The position numbers and the translations under genes were made by a program. Positions 1 through 9,494 of a stretch of 38,793 nucleotides of DNA are shown here, piece after piece. Origin of the DNA: Anaerolineaceae bacterium (lineage in GTDB: Bacteria > Chloroflexota > Anaerolineae > Anaerolineales > Anaerolineaceae); contig DAOUGY010000385.1 of the NCBI GenBank assembly GCA_034428975.1, positions 1 through 38,793 of the forward strand, read 5' to 3'. The notes below the pieces were generated by a model that searched no databases, was not told the origin of the DNA, and saw only the letters and a list, made by a program, of their open reading frames with translations. Numbering within the stretch: the first letter of the stretch is position 1; the number at the start of each line of letters is the position of its first letter.

Positions 1-1
1 G

Positions 2-1846
2 GAGCGCCTCAAGCGCGTCAACTGGCTGCTGGCCCAGGAGCTGGATGTGCTCCAGCTTGAAGACGAGATCCAAAGTCGCGTCCAGAATGAAGTGGACCGC
101 TCGCAGCGCGAGTTTTACCTGCGCGAGCAAATGAAAGCCATTCAGACCGAACTGGGCGAAGGGGACATCTGGGCGCGCGAGATCGCCGAGGTGAAGACCA
201 AGATTCAGGACGGCAAATTCCCGGATGAAGTGCGCGCCGCGGCGTTGAAAGAAGTGGAACGTCTGGCGCAAATGCAGCCCATGTCGCCGGAAGTGGGCAT
301 GATTCGCAGTTACCTGGACTGGGTGATCGAGTTGCCGTGGGTTGAGGCGACAGAAGACAACCTGGATGTGGCGCATGCTGCCAAGTTGCTGGAAAAATAT
401 CATTATGGGCTGGGAAAAGCGAAAGACCGCATTCTGGAATACATCGCAGTGCGCAGCCTGAAGCCCAAGAAACCACGCCAACCGATTTTATGCTTTGTCG
501 GCCCGCCCGGAACCGGAAAGACCTCGCTGGGGCGCTCGATTGCCGAAGCGCTAGGGCGCAAGTTTGTGCGCCTGTCGCTGGGGGGGGTGCGGGATGAGGC
601 GGAGATCCGCGGGCACCGCCGCACCTACATCGGCGCGCTGCCAGGGCGGATATTGCAAACTATGCGACGGGCGGGCAGCATCAACCCGTTGTTCATGCTG
701 GATGAGATTGACAAACTCGGCGCGGACTTCCGCGGTGATCCGTCATCGGCGCTGCTTGAGGTGTTGGATCCCGAACAGAATTCAGCCTTTTCAGATCATT
801 ACCTGGAGCTGTCCTACGATCTGTCGCAGGTGATGTTCATCACCACGGCCAACTCCACGGCCGCCATTCCGGCGGCGCTGTTGGACCGCATGGAAGTGCT
901 GGAGTTCCCGGGGTACATTGAAGAAGAAAAGGTGGAGATTGCGCGGCGATTCTTGATCCCGCGGCAGTTGGAAGAATGCGGCCTGGATGACAAAATGGTG
1001 CGTTTCCAAGACTCGGCGGTGCGCAAGATCATCGAGGAATACACCTACGAAGCCGGCGTGCGTAACCTGGAACGCGAAATTGGGCACATGTGCCGTAAAG
1101 CGGCTCGCCTGAAAGCCGAAGGAAAACGCCATCCGCACGCACTGACGCCCTCTACGGTGGAAAAATTCCTGGGTCCGCCGGAGTTCTTCATGTCCGAAGC
1201 GGAGCGGCAGGATGAAGAAGGCGTGGCCACGGCTGTGGCCTGGACGGAAAGCGGCGGTGAAATCATGCCGGTGGAAGTGCTGATCCTGGAGGGGAAAGGG
1301 AATCTGCAGATAACCGGGCAGATTGGCGAGGTGATGCAGGAATCGGCACAGGCGGGGCTTTCATACCTGAAAGCGCATTCCCGTGAGTTCGGCCTGGATC
1401 CGGAGATTTATGAGCGGTTGGACGTGCACATTCATATTCCAGAGGGGGCGATCCCGAAGGATGGGCCGAGCGCCGGGATTACGATTGCCACCGCGTTGAT
1501 TTCGGCATTCACAGGACGCAAGGTGAATAAAGATGTGGGCATGACCGGGGAAATCACCCTGCGCGGCAAGGTGCTGCCGGTGGGTGGTCTGCGCGAAAAA
1601 ATCCTGGCCGCGCACCGCGCTGGATTGAAGCGCGTGCTATTGCCTGAGCGCAATATGAAAGACCTGGTGGATGTACCGAAGAAAGTGCGAGTGGATTTGA
1701 CGATCATTCCGGTGACGCACATGGACGAGGTGATCAAAATCGCCCTGCACGAAAGCGCCGAAAGTCCCAAGAATTGGTCCGCTGGAAAAGAGCGGCCGGA
1801 CGATGAAGGCGACGGCGTTGAAGATGGCGAAAGCGCCAACGTATAA
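2..1846 (+). CDS. lon: ATP-dependent Lon protease (5'-truncated by window edge)
   Basis: The frame is open to the window edge (nt 2: [22 protein letters not shown]...). Walker [10 protein letters not shown] and Walker B FMLDEIDK are present. The Lon proteolytic Ser context KDGPSAGIT and the Lys context [12 protein letters not shown] are both readable. Stop TAA at 1844-1846. Confidence 0.95.
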   Translation, partial: ERLKRVNWLLAQELDVLQLEDEIQSRVQNEVDRSQREFYLREQMKAIQTELGEGDIWAREIAEVKTKIQDGKFPDEVRAAALKEVERLAQMQPMSPEVGMIRSYLDWVIELPWVEATEDNLDVAHAAKLLEKYHYGLGKAKDRILEYIAVRSLKPKKPRQPILCFVGPPGTGKTSLGRSIAEALGRKFVRLSLGGVRDEAEIRGHRRTYIGALPGRILQTMRRAGSINPLFMLDEIDKLGADFRGDPSSALLEVLDPEQNSAFSDHYLELSYDLSQVMFITTANSTAAIPAALLDRMEVLEFPGYIEEEKVEIARRFLIPRQLEECGLDDKMVRFQDSAVRKIIEEYTYEAGVRNLEREIGHMCRKAARLKAEGKRHPHALTPSTVEKFLGPPEFFMSEAERQDEEGVATAVAWTESGGEIMPVEVLILEGKGNLQITGQIGEVMQESAQAGLSYLKAHSREFGLDPEIYERLDVHIHIPEGAIPKDGPSAGITIATALISAFTGRKVNKDVGMTGEITLRGKVLPVGGLREKILAAHRAGLKRVLLPERNMKDLVDVPKKVRVDLTIIPVTHMDEVIKIALHESAESPKNWSAGKERPDDEGDGVEDGESANV

Positions 1847-1851
1847 TCAAG

Positions 1852-1881
1852 ACAAACCGGGCAGTTTACTGCCCGGTTTGT
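1852..1881. terminator. Hairpin between convergent lon and coiled-coil gene (putative bidirectional terminator)
   Basis: A 13-bp perfect stem, acaaaccgggcag (1852-1864) pairing with ctgcccggtttgt (1869-1881), encloses a 4-nt loop. It overlaps the last codons and stop of the minus-strand ORF. Confidence 0.55.
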
Positions 1882-2354
1882 TCACTATCGAGTTCTTCTT
1901 CCATGCTGCCCAGTGGAATTTGTAGCGAGGTGATGCCGTTGCGCACCTGATTGAGCGAGCGCATCAGTTCCTCTTCAAGACGGGTGAGTGACTGGATCAC
2001 ATAGTCATCGGCATCGCGGCGAATGTTGTTGGCCTCGATGCGCGCCTGTTCGATGATTTGATCGGCACGGGCTTGAGCCGCCTGAACGAGATTATCGCGC
2101 TCGATGAGCTGCTCGCCACGCTCACGAGCCAGAGCCAGCGTTCGGTTGGCTTCTTCCTGGGCCTGGGCCAGCAGGCGGTCTTTTTGCGCCTGAACCTGTT
2201 GAGCCTTTTTGATTTCATCCGGAATCGAAACGCGCATCTGGTCAATCAAATCCAACATGCGATCTTCATCCACGATCACGCTGTGGGTGAACCAGATCGG
2301 GCGGCTTTCGTTGAATAACTCTTCCAAACGGTCGATGAGATGCAAGATGTCCAT
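1866..2354 (-). CDS. Coiled-coil protein of unknown function (ATP-synthase-b-like / DivIVA-like heptad-rich region)
   Basis: 162-aa ORF with a long charged Q/A/E/R-rich helical stretch ([69 protein letters not shown]). It sits downstream of coaD on the same strand. I recognise no catalytic motif. Confidence 0.6.
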   Translation of the reverse strand: MDILHLIDRLEELFNESRPIWFTHSVIVDEDRMLDLIDQMRVSIPDEIKKAQQVQAQKDRLLAQAQEEANRTLALARERGEQLIERDNLVQAAQARADQIIEQARIEANNIRRDADDYVIQSLTRLEEELMRSLNQVRNGITSLQIPLGSMEEELDSEQTGQ

Positions 2355-2418
2355 ACACCCTCCAATGATGCCTGATGGCTATGTTGCAATAAGCGGACCA
2401 GACACGCTCATTATCGCA

Positions 2419-2943
2419 TTAATCGCGTAAAGATGTTAGCGGAACTACCTGTTGACTTTCGCCCAACTCGTGAAAACGATTCTTGAGCACTTTGGCCACA
2501 TGCGGCGGCACCATGCTAGAGACATCGCCGTCGAGCGCGGCGATTTCACGCACCGTGGTGGAGGATAGAAAGGTGTGCTCTTCGCTGGTGATGAGAGCGA
2601 CGACTTCCACATCCGGCGCAAGACGATGGTTGGCCAGCGCCATGCGGAATTCGTACTCAAAATCAGAAAAAACGCGCAAACCGCGCACGATCACCTGGGC
2701 GTTGACCTTGCGGCAGAAATCGACCGTCAGGCCGGAATAGCCCGTGACCTGAATCTTGATATCATCTGCAAAGGCTTCTCGAACCAGATTGATGCGTGTC
2801 TCCGGGGAGAATACCAGGCTTTTGGAGGGACGGTCGTAGACGGCGATGATCAATTCGTCAAACAGGCGAGCCGCGCGACGAGCGATATCCATGTGACCGT
2901 AATGGATCGGATCAAAGGTTCCGGGAAAAATGGCGCGAACCAT
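2419..2943 (-). CDS. coaD: Phosphopantetheine adenylyltransferase
   Basis: N-terminal nucleotidyltransferase signature AIFPGTFDPIHYGHMDI, and a size (174 aa) typical of CoaD. Its ATG overlaps the recG stop by 1 nt (TGATG on the minus strand). Confidence 0.93.
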   Translation of the reverse strand: MVRAIFPGTFDPIHYGHMDIARRAARLFDELIIAVYDRPSKSLVFSPETRINLVREAFADDIKIQVTGYSGLTVDFCRKVNAQVIVRGLRVFSDFEYEFRMALANHRLAPDVEVVALITSEEHTFLSSTTVREIAALDGDVSSMVPPHVAKVLKNRFHELGESQQVVPLTSLRD

Positions 2944-5426
2944 CAGCTTACATCTCCTTTGCCCTGAAACCAGTAATGCTCCACCATTTCCGAAAGCAGT
3001 TGGTTTTCGGGATCGGAAAGGTCTGGATCGCGTTCAAAGAGGGCCTGTGCATGGTGACGGGCCTTTTCGATTAAGCGCACGTCCATGAGATTGGCAAGGC
3101 GTAACTCGGCATAACCGGATTGGCGGGTGCCAAGGAAATCACCGGGACCGCGCTGTTCCAGGTCGCGTTCCGCCAGGACGAAGCCGTCGTTGGTCTCGGC
3201 CATGGCCGACAGGCGGGCGTTTTCGACGGCATCCTCGGTCTCGGAAACGAGCAAGGCATAAGATTGTGCCTGACCGCGCCCAACACGCCCGCGGAACTGG
3301 TGCAATTGTGCCAGGCCAAAACGGTTGGCCGATTCCACCATCATAACGGTGGCGTTGGGCACGTCCACACCGACTTCGACGACGGAGGTGGAAACGAGAA
3401 TGTGATACGCGCCGTCGCGGAACTGGGACATGACCGATTCTTTTTCTTCGGGCTTCATACGGCCATGCAGCAGGCCGATGCTGTACTGCGGGAAGATGTC
3501 TTTTTGTAAACGATCGCGTTCTTCAACCGCGGCTTTGCCTTCGCCATCTCCGTCTTCGCCCTGTTCCACCAGGGGGTAAATGATAAACGCTTGATGTCCC
3601 AGTTCGATCTGGGAGCGAATGAGTGTGTAGGCGCGTTCTCGTTCGAGCGGCGCAAGAACGTGAGTTTCGATTGGCTGGCGACCGGCGGGCATTTCGTCCA
3701 TGACGGTCAGGTCGAGATCGCCGTACACGGTGAGCGCCAGAGAGCGCGGAATGGGTGTAGCGGTCATGACCAGCAGATGGGGATTTTCGCCTTTGGCTCG
3801 CAGCGCAGCGCGCTGGGCGACGCCAAAGCGGTGCTGCTCATCGATGACGGCCAGCTGCAGCGCCTGGAATGTGACGGGGTCTTCGAGCAAAGCATGCGTG
3901 CCGATGACCAATCGAATGGCGCCGGAGGCCAGACCGTCACGGATAACGCGTTTTTCGGCTTCGGGTGTGTCTCCGACCAGCAAAGCGATTTCACCGGGGG
4001 CCAACACGCCGGGTTGTTCCCCGGCACCCGTGAGCAGGCGCGAGAAGCTGCGGAAGTGCTGCTCGGCAAGAATGCTGGTGGGGGCCAGTACGGCGGATTG
4101 CGCACCGCCGGAAGCCACCACGGCTGCGGCGAGAGCAGCCACAACCGTCTTCCCCGAACCCACATCGCCTTGCAGAAGACGGTTCATCGGGCGACCGGAC
4201 GCCAGGTCGCCGCGAATTTCGGCTATGGCACGCTGCTGGGCGCCGGTGAGCACATAGGGTAACGCGTTGGTTTGCTGTTCCAGCCAGGAATCGTCCACGG
4301 TGAAACAGCGGGCGCTTTCGCTTTGCCAGGCGCGTTTTTGTCGCAGCACGCCCAATTGGAGGAGGAAGATCTCGTCAAAAGAAATGCGCGAGCGGGCTTT
4401 TTTTAGGCCATCTTGCGAATCGGGGAAGTGAATTTGCTGCAGGGCGGTAGGCAGATTGACCAGGCCAGCTTCTTGCAAAATGCGGTTGGGCATGTAATCC
4501 GAAACGCGAGGCGCCCAGAATTTGACGGTGGCATACATTTGCCGGCGCAGCCAGTTTTGCTTGACCCGCGCCGTGAGACGGTACACCGGGACAATGCGAT
4601 TGGTGTGCAGGTGATCCTGTTCCAGGAATTCCCAATCGGGATTGTTCATCATCAGGCGGCCGAGGTAGATATCCACCTTGCCGCTGACCGAAATTTGGAC
4701 CCCTTCGCGCAGTTTATTCATCAACCAGGGCTGGTTGAACCAGGTGAGGCGCAAAAAGGCGGTGCCGTCGGTGAGTGCGGCTTCGATGATGCTGCCAGAA
4801 CCGCCGCGGAAGGGGCGCATGCTGATGCTGTGGATGGCGCCGATGACCGTCAGGTCTTCGCCATATTGAACGCGGTTAATGGGTTTGAGCTGGCTGTAAT
4901 CATCGTAACGGCGGGGGAAGAAGTACAGCAAGTCTTCGAGGGTGTACAGATCCAAAGCGCTCAGAGTTTCGGCGGATTTGGGGCCAACGCCATTAATCAC
5001 CGTCAACGGCGCCTGAAGCCCGACTTTTTCGCGCTCACCCTGCGGCGGGCGGGGAGTGGATTGCGACCGGGGTCGAGCCGGGCGGTCTTCATAGCCGCGA
5101 GCGGGGTAGTCGGTCGCGGGAGGCAGATCAGGCTCGGGGCGTGGAGCGCGCGGCTGAGGCGCCGCGGGGTGCACAGGGGTGGACTCGGGCAAGTCTGCCA
5201 GCAGGGCGTGGAGATCGGTCTGGCGCTGGGACGCGTCCATCTGAGGGTAGGAAGACAGGAAGACGAGGATACGCTCAATCAGGTCGGAATCGACCTGCTC
5301 GGCGCGCGCTTCTTTTTCCCAGTTGGGAATGATTTTTTCCAACCCGCCAATGACAGCGCGGTTTTCATACCGGTTTTCCGATTCCAACTTGAGAAATTTT
5401 CTGAGTTTATCGATGGATGAGGGCAT
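2943..5426 (-). CDS. recG: ATP-dependent DNA helicase RecG with about 130-aa N-terminal extension
   Basis: Superfamily-2 helicase motifs GDVGSGKTVVA (I) and DEQHRFG (II), plus LVMTATPIPRSL and QLHQFRGRVGRG (VI). The wedge-domain region GVGPKSAETLSALDLYTLEDLLYFFPRRYDDYS begins only after a Pro/Arg-rich linker. Confidence 0.93.
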   Translation of the reverse strand: MPSSIDKLRKFLKLESENRYENRAVIGGLEKIIPNWEKEARAEQVDSDLIERILVFLSSYPQMDASQRQTDLHALLADLPESTPVHPAAPQPRAPRPEPDLPPATDYPARGYEDRPARPRSQSTPRPPQGEREKVGLQAPLTVINGVGPKSAETLSALDLYTLEDLLYFFPRRYDDYSQLKPINRVQYGEDLTVIGAIHSISMRPFRGGSGSIIEAALTDGTAFLRLTWFNQPWLMNKLREGVQISVSGKVDIYLGRLMMNNPDWEFLEQDHLHTNRIVPVYRLTARVKQNWLRRQMYATVKFWAPRVSDYMPNRILQEAGLVNLPTALQQIHFPDSQDGLKKARSRISFDEIFLLQLGVLRQKRAWQSESARCFTVDDSWLEQQTNALPYVLTGAQQRAIAEIRGDLASGRPMNRLLQGDVGSGKTVVAALAAAVVASGGAQSAVLAPTSILAEQHFRSFSRLLTGAGEQPGVLAPGEIALLVGDTPEAEKRVIRDGLASGAIRLVIGTHALLEDPVTFQALQLAVIDEQHRFGVAQRAALRAKGENPHLLVMTATPIPRSLALTVYGDLDLTVMDEMPAGRQPIETHVLAPLERERAYTLIRSQIELGHQAFIIYPLVEQGEDGDGEGKAAVEERDRLQKDIFPQYSIGLLHGRMKPEEKESVMSQFRDGAYHILVSTSVVEVGVDVPNATVMMVESANRFGLAQLHQFRGRVGRGQAQSYALLVSETEDAVENARLSAMAETNDGFVLAERDLEQRGPGDFLGTRQSGYAELRLANLMDVRLIEKARHHAQALFERDPDLSDPENQLLSEMVEHYWFQGKGDVS

Positions 5427-5465
5427 ATGCTAATTTTACCTTATTCTGAACCGGACGATCGGGCG

Positions 5466-5499
5466 GAAAATCAAAAATTGCCAGAAGAAGCTGGCAATT
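5466..5499 (-). terminator. Rho-independent terminator downstream of degV
   Basis: 9-bp stem aattgccag (5476-5484) / ctggcaatt (5491-5499) with a 6-nt loop. On the minus strand the hairpin is followed by tttttgatttt. Confidence 0.55.
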
Positions 5500-5522
5500 C
5501 TCAAAATATCACGAATGATTGG

Positions 5523-6371
5523 CTAGACCCGTTCAGAAACGACCAGCCCGATAGTGCGCGGACCAAAGAGGACCGCGGATGGAATGCTGATGGTCAATTC
5601 GCTGAAGGATGTGTCCGAAAAGTTTTCATCGACGAACTGGCGCAAAATACGACTGTCGGCGTTGGTCTGCTGAATGGATTGCACCAAGGCGATGTTTTGG
5701 AGATCGTCAAACTCTTCGATGAACTCCTGGAAATAGTCGATGACGTTGCGCTGGTTGCGAACCTTCTGCAATGGGGTGAGGCTGCCGTCTTCAAAGGCAT
5801 AGATAGGAAAAAGGCCGAGCAGTTCGCCGGTCCAGGCCTGTGCGCGATCCAAAAAGCCGGAGAAATACAGGTATGACAGGCCGGGCGTGCATAAGAGCGT
5901 GTAGATATGTCCGATCTGCTGGCGGATGGAGCGCTCGACTTCAGCAAGCGGCAACCCCCGCGCTGCAAAGTCGGCGGCCTGCTGCACAAGGATGCCGAGA
6001 CCCGCCGAAATGGTGAGGGTATCGATCAACAGGATACGGTTGCCACAGTTGAGCTGCTGGAGCGCTTCGGTGGCGTTCTGAAAAGCGGATGTGATTTTGG
6101 AGGATGCCAACAGTACAAATGTATGGTCGTACTCGTGGATCAGCTCCTGAAACGAGATGAGAAAATCCTCGACTGAAGGGGGGATCAGACAAGGAGCCAG
6201 TTCGTCATCGGCGTGGGCCGGCAGAGCGGTCGGTTTGATTTCGCGGGTGGACGCGTACTGCGTTCCGTGCAGGCTCAGGCTGTAGGAAATGCTGCGAACC
6301 AATTCCCGACCAATGAAGGACGGTTGCGGATACTGCACCGAGTTGTCGGTGAGAATGCAATACGAAGGCAT
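5523..6371 (-). CDS. DegV family (fatty-acid-binding) protein
   Basis: 282 aa. The N-terminus CILTDNSVQYP and the overall length fit the DegV/DUF194 pattern, as does the position immediately after yloV (2-nt gap) seen in many monoderm genomes. The assignment is by resemblance and was not searched. Confidence 0.8.
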   Translation of the reverse strand: MPSYCILTDNSVQYPQPSFIGRELVRSISYSLSLHGTQYASTREIKPTALPAHADDELAPCLIPPSVEDFLISFQELIHEYDHTFVLLASSKITSAFQNATEALQQLNCGNRILLIDTLTISAGLGILVQQAADFAARGLPLAEVERSIRQQIGHIYTLLCTPGLSYLYFSGFLDRAQAWTGELLGLFPIYAFEDGSLTPLQKVRNQRNVIDYFQEFIEEFDDLQNIALVQSIQQTNADSRILRQFVDENFSDTSFSELTISIPSAVLFGPRTIGLVVSERV

Positions 6372-6373
6372 GG

Positions 6374-8059
6374 TTACTCGATGGACAGAATGAACTGGTA
6401 ATGGGGCTGCCCACCTTCGTGCAGCTCGATTTCGTGTTTGGGATACGTTTCGCGGATGCGATCCACGATGGAGTTGACATCCTGGCGGGAGATGTTATCG
6501 CCCGAGAAGAGGGTGATCCGTTCGCGGTCCGCAGTACCGGCCTTGTCCAGCAAGGTAAGGCAGGCTTCGGTGAGGTTGGTTGCCGAGGAGACAAGTTTGC
6601 CATTGTGCAGGGCTATGACCTGGCCTTCCTGCACGTTGACACCATTGATTTCCACAGAGCGTGTGGCCGTGGTGATTTCGCCGGTTTCAACTTCGGTGAT
6701 GGCTTCCTTCATTTCAGTGACCATCTCGTCAAATTCACCGTCCGGGTCGTAACGCAACATGGCGGAAAGCCCTTGCGGCACACTGGTGCAGGGGATGACA
6801 GCCACCTTTTTGACGGTGACCGTGGAGGCAGTTTGAGCGGCCAATACAATGTTCTTGTTGTTGGGAAGAATGATTACTTTATCGGTGGGGAGATTTTCAA
6901 AGGCCTTAAGAATCTCCTCGGTGCTGGGGTTCATCGTCTGACCACCTTCAACAACGGCAGCGACTCCCAGGCTGGCAAAGATGCGCGAGATGCCCTGACC
7001 GGGCGATACGGTGACGACAGCCACCTGGCCAGGGTCGATGGAGGAAAGCTGCAACCGGTTGCCCGTTTCGGCTTCCTTCTCTTCCATCTGGGCGATCAGG
7101 TTTTCGATGGCCACTTTGGTCACCGTGCCGAGGCGCATGGTGTAGTCAATCGGTTCGTAGCGTTTTTCGGTCGGCACGTGGATGTGCATGCGGTACATGC
7201 CATCGCCTTCGCCCACCTGAATGGAAGTGCCCATTTCCGAAAGGTCGTTGTAGAAGTTTTCGAGATTCAGCTCTTCAAATGGGCGGAAATCGACGACGAT
7301 CTCGTAATCCTGTCCGGGCTCGACGGATTCCAGGGTGTCTTCCAGGTTCATAGCCGCCAGCGGCTGAACCGTGGTGAGAGCTGTTTCAAGCGGTTGACCC
7401 TTTAGATAGCGCAGCATTCCTTCCAGGATGAAGAAAAGACCTTTGCCGCCAGAATCGACCACACCGGCGGTTTTAAGAATGGGGAGTAGCTCGGGCGTGC
7501 GCTTGACGGATTCATCGGCGCTCTGCACCATGAACTCGAGGAGCTCGATCAAATCCTGGGTTTCGGCCAGGCGCTTTTCTGCACCGGCTGCGGTGTCTTT
7601 GGCGACGGTAAGGATGGTGCCTTCCACCGGGCGGACCACGCCTTTATAGGCGGTGTTGCGGGCTTCGGCGAGGGCGTTAATCAGCACCGGGGCGGTCATG
7701 GTATCCAGGTTGTCGAGGCCGCGGGCGAAACCACGCCATAATTGGGAGAGGATGACGCCGGAATTGCCGCGGGCTCCCATCAGAGCGCCCTGGGCGATCA
7801 TGTGGGCCATTTTCCCGATATTCTTTTCGCCGGAATGGGCGATTTCAGAATAGGCGGCCTGCATGGTGAGGAGCATATTGGTGCCGGTGTCGCCATCGGG
7901 TACTGGAAAAACATTTAAAGCGTTGACCGTTTGCTGATTGGTTTTCAACCAGGTCAGCCCCGCTTCAATCAACTGTTTAAGGCCCTGGCCATCGAGAGGG
8001 GTTTGGCCTGAAAGCATATTGCTGTCCGGCTGTTTGGGAAAGAGAATATCACTGCTCAT
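6374..8059 (-). CDS. yloV: DAK2-domain fusion protein YloV
   Basis: DAK2 signature NVFPVPDGDTGTNMLLTM lies near the N-terminus, followed by a C-terminal DegV-like/uncharacterised domain. I moved the start to ATG 8059 (MSSDILF...) because the track start at 8164 would overlap asp23 by 65 nt. Confidence 0.88.
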   Translation of the reverse strand: MSSDILFPKQPDSNMLSGQTPLDGQGLKQLIEAGLTWLKTNQQTVNALNVFPVPDGDTGTNMLLTMQAAYSEIAHSGEKNIGKMAHMIAQGALMGARGNSGVILSQLWRGFARGLDNLDTMTAPVLINALAEARNTAYKGVVRPVEGTILTVAKDTAAGAEKRLAETQDLIELLEFMVQSADESVKRTPELLPILKTAGVVDSGGKGLFFILEGMLRYLKGQPLETALTTVQPLAAMNLEDTLESVEPGQDYEIVVDFRPFEELNLENFYNDLSEMGTSIQVGEGDGMYRMHIHVPTEKRYEPIDYTMRLGTVTKVAIENLIAQMEEKEAETGNRLQLSSIDPGQVAVVTVSPGQGISRIFASLGVAAVVEGGQTMNPSTEEILKAFENLPTDKVIILPNNKNIVLAAQTASTVTVKKVAVIPCTSVPQGLSAMLRYDPDGEFDEMVTEMKEAITEVETGEITTATRSVEINGVNVQEGQVIALHNGKLVSSATNLTEACLTLLDKAGTADRERITLFSGDNISRQDVNSIVDRIRETYPKHEIELHEGGQPHYQFILSIE

Positions 8060-8099
8060 AGCGCTCCAAAAAGAATAACATCTGTTCCAAAAAGCCGGA

Positions 8100-8456
8100 T
8101 CAATCGGGGTTGCTGATACGCAAACCGCGCACGTGGATATTGACCTGGGTAACAGGCAGGCCAATGGCCTTTTCGACCTGGTAACGGACCGTATCTGCGA
8201 CGCTGGCGGAAACCGATTTAATCCGCGTGCCGTATTCTACTACAATATAGAGGTCCAATTGGATGGACTTTGTGTCGTATTGCACGGTGACGCCGAGGGT
8301 GGGGTCTTTGACGAGCACCTGAGCCAGACCTTCGGCAAGGTTTTTGGCCGCCAAACCGACCACACCGTAGGATTCCAGCGCGGACTGACTGGCGATGGTG
8401 GCAATCGCACGGTGAGAGATAAAGATATCGCCCTTGGGATTAAGATTTTCGCTCAT
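8100..8456 (-). CDS. Asp23/Gls24 family envelope-stress protein (YloU-like)
   Basis: IFISHRAIATIASQSALESYGVVGL... and DLYIVVEYGTRI...V..V.YQVE are typical Asp23 family blocks. Start chosen at ATG 8456 (MSENLNPKG); the in-frame ATG at 8486 is an alternative. Confidence 0.85.
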   Translation of the reverse strand: MSENLNPKGDIFISHRAIATIASQSALESYGVVGLAAKNLAEGLAQVLVKDPTLGVTVQYDTKSIQLDLYIVVEYGTRIKSVSASVADTVRYQVEKAIGLPVTQVNIHVRGLRISNPD

Positions 8457-8489
8457 TGGGTTGGCCTCTTGAAGATTAACATCCATTCT

Positions 8490-8518
8490 TGAAAAAAGAT
8501 ACGCCTTATGGTAAAATT
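8490..8518 (+). promoter_or_regulatory. Sigma-70-like promoter for rpmB
   Basis: TTGAAA (8490-8495), a 17-nt spacer, then TAAAAT (8513-8518), about 75 nt upstream of the rpmB ATG in the divergent asp23/rpmB intergenic region. Confidence 0.45.
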
Positions 8519-8592
8519 GCTGACTGTTGTACGGATACGAGCTGTATGCATGCGGCTCTTAAGCAATCATGGTCGAGAAAGGATCCTTTGAA

Positions 8593-8775
8593 ATGGCAAA
8601 GTGTGAACAGTGTGGTAAGACGACAACCTTTGGTCACAATCGCAGCTTCTCCCTGCGTGCCACGAACCGCACCTACAAGCCCAATCTGCAGAAGGTGAGC
8701 GTGTTTGTGAATGGTCGTAAGGTGCAGAAGACATTGTGTGCCAAGTGCATTCGGAGCATGGTGAAGACTGCATAA
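8593..8775 (+). CDS. rpmB: 50S ribosomal protein L28
   Basis: MAKCEQCGKTTTFGHNRSFSLRATNRTYKPNLQKV...CAKCIRS is the canonical L28 sequence pattern. Start set at ATG 8593, preceded by aaagga. Confidence 0.92.
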   Translation: MAKCEQCGKTTTFGHNRSFSLRATNRTYKPNLQKVSVFVNGRKVQKTLCAKCIRSMVKTA

Positions 8776-8797
8776 GGGTACCTTCTAACCTGTCATC

Positions 8798-8827
8798 AAA
8801 AATCGCGGCGGCAACGCCGCGATTTTT
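8798..8827. terminator. Bidirectional intrinsic terminator between rpmB and rpe
   Basis: 13-bp stem aaaaatcgcggcg (8798-8810) / cgccgcgattttt (8815-8827) with a GCAA loop. A/T runs on both flanks allow termination in either direction. Confidence 0.7.
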
Positions 8828-8833
8828 GTTCCA

Positions 8834-9484
8834 TTATATCGAATTTCGCAGCGCGTTGATACCCGCGGCGATGCCCGCCGGGTGCTTAAAAATGGCCGTG
8901 GCGGCGACAAAAATCGATGCGCCGCGAGCGCGCGTCAGGGGGAGCGTATCGGCGGTAATGCCTCCGTCCACCTGGATGGGCACGGTCAGGTGTGCCTGGT
9001 CGATCATGGTTTTGATCTCGGCGATTTTGGCGAGCACACCGGGGATAAAGGCCTGGCCGGAATAGCCCGGATTGACCGTCATCACCAAAACCATGTCCAC
9101 TTCGGGAAGTACGGCCGAAAGCGCCGCGGCCGGTGTGCCAGGGTTGACGACAATCCCGGCTTTGACCCCTAACGCACGTATGGCCTGAAGGGTGCGGTGA
9201 ATGTTGGGGTTGTTCTCTATGTGCACACTGAGGGTGGATGCACCGGCGTGCGCAAACGCGTCGATGTAGCGTTCCGGATTCTCAATCATCAGGTGCACAT
9301 CCAGCGGCAGGGTGGTGATGCGGCGGCAGGTTTCCACCATGAACGGGCCCATGCTGATGTTGGGCACGAAGTGACCGTCCATGACATCCACGTGGATCCA
9401 GTCCACGCCGGCCAACTCAGCCTGATGGATCTGGTCCTTCAGGTTGGCAAAATCGGCGGAAAGGATGGAAGCAGAAAGAATCAT
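8834..9484 (-). CDS. rpe: Ribulose-phosphate 3-epimerase
   Basis: ILSADFANL, WIHVDVMDGHFVPNISMGP, HLMIENP and VMTVNPGYSGQAFIP are classic Rpe motifs. Confidence 0.93.
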   Translation of the reverse strand: MILSASILSADFANLKDQIHQAELAGVDWIHVDVMDGHFVPNISMGPFMVETCRRITTLPLDVHLMIENPERYIDAFAHAGASTLSVHIENNPNIHRTLQAIRALGVKAGIVVNPGTPAAALSAVLPEVDMVLVMTVNPGYSGQAFIPGVLAKIAEIKTMIDQAHLTVPIQVDGGITADTLPLTRARGASIFVAATAIFKHPAGIAAGINALRNSI

Positions 9485-9494
9485 CGCAAGCTCA

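Noticed and set aside
8060-8164. The track's upstream start (8164) for the yloV ORF, giving a 35-aa Cys-rich N-terminal extension.
   Set aside because: It would overlap the asp23 coding region by 65 nt. The extension (MACLLPRSISTCAVCVSATP...) is not YloV-like, and the ATG at 8059 gives a normal N-terminus.
8577-8588. A 12-nt palindrome, aaaggatccttt, overlapping the rpmB Shine-Dalgarno. I considered it as an L28 autoregulatory structure.
   Set aside because: It is too short to form a stable hairpin (a 4-bp stem once a minimal loop is allowed), and I know of no L28 leader motif matching it.
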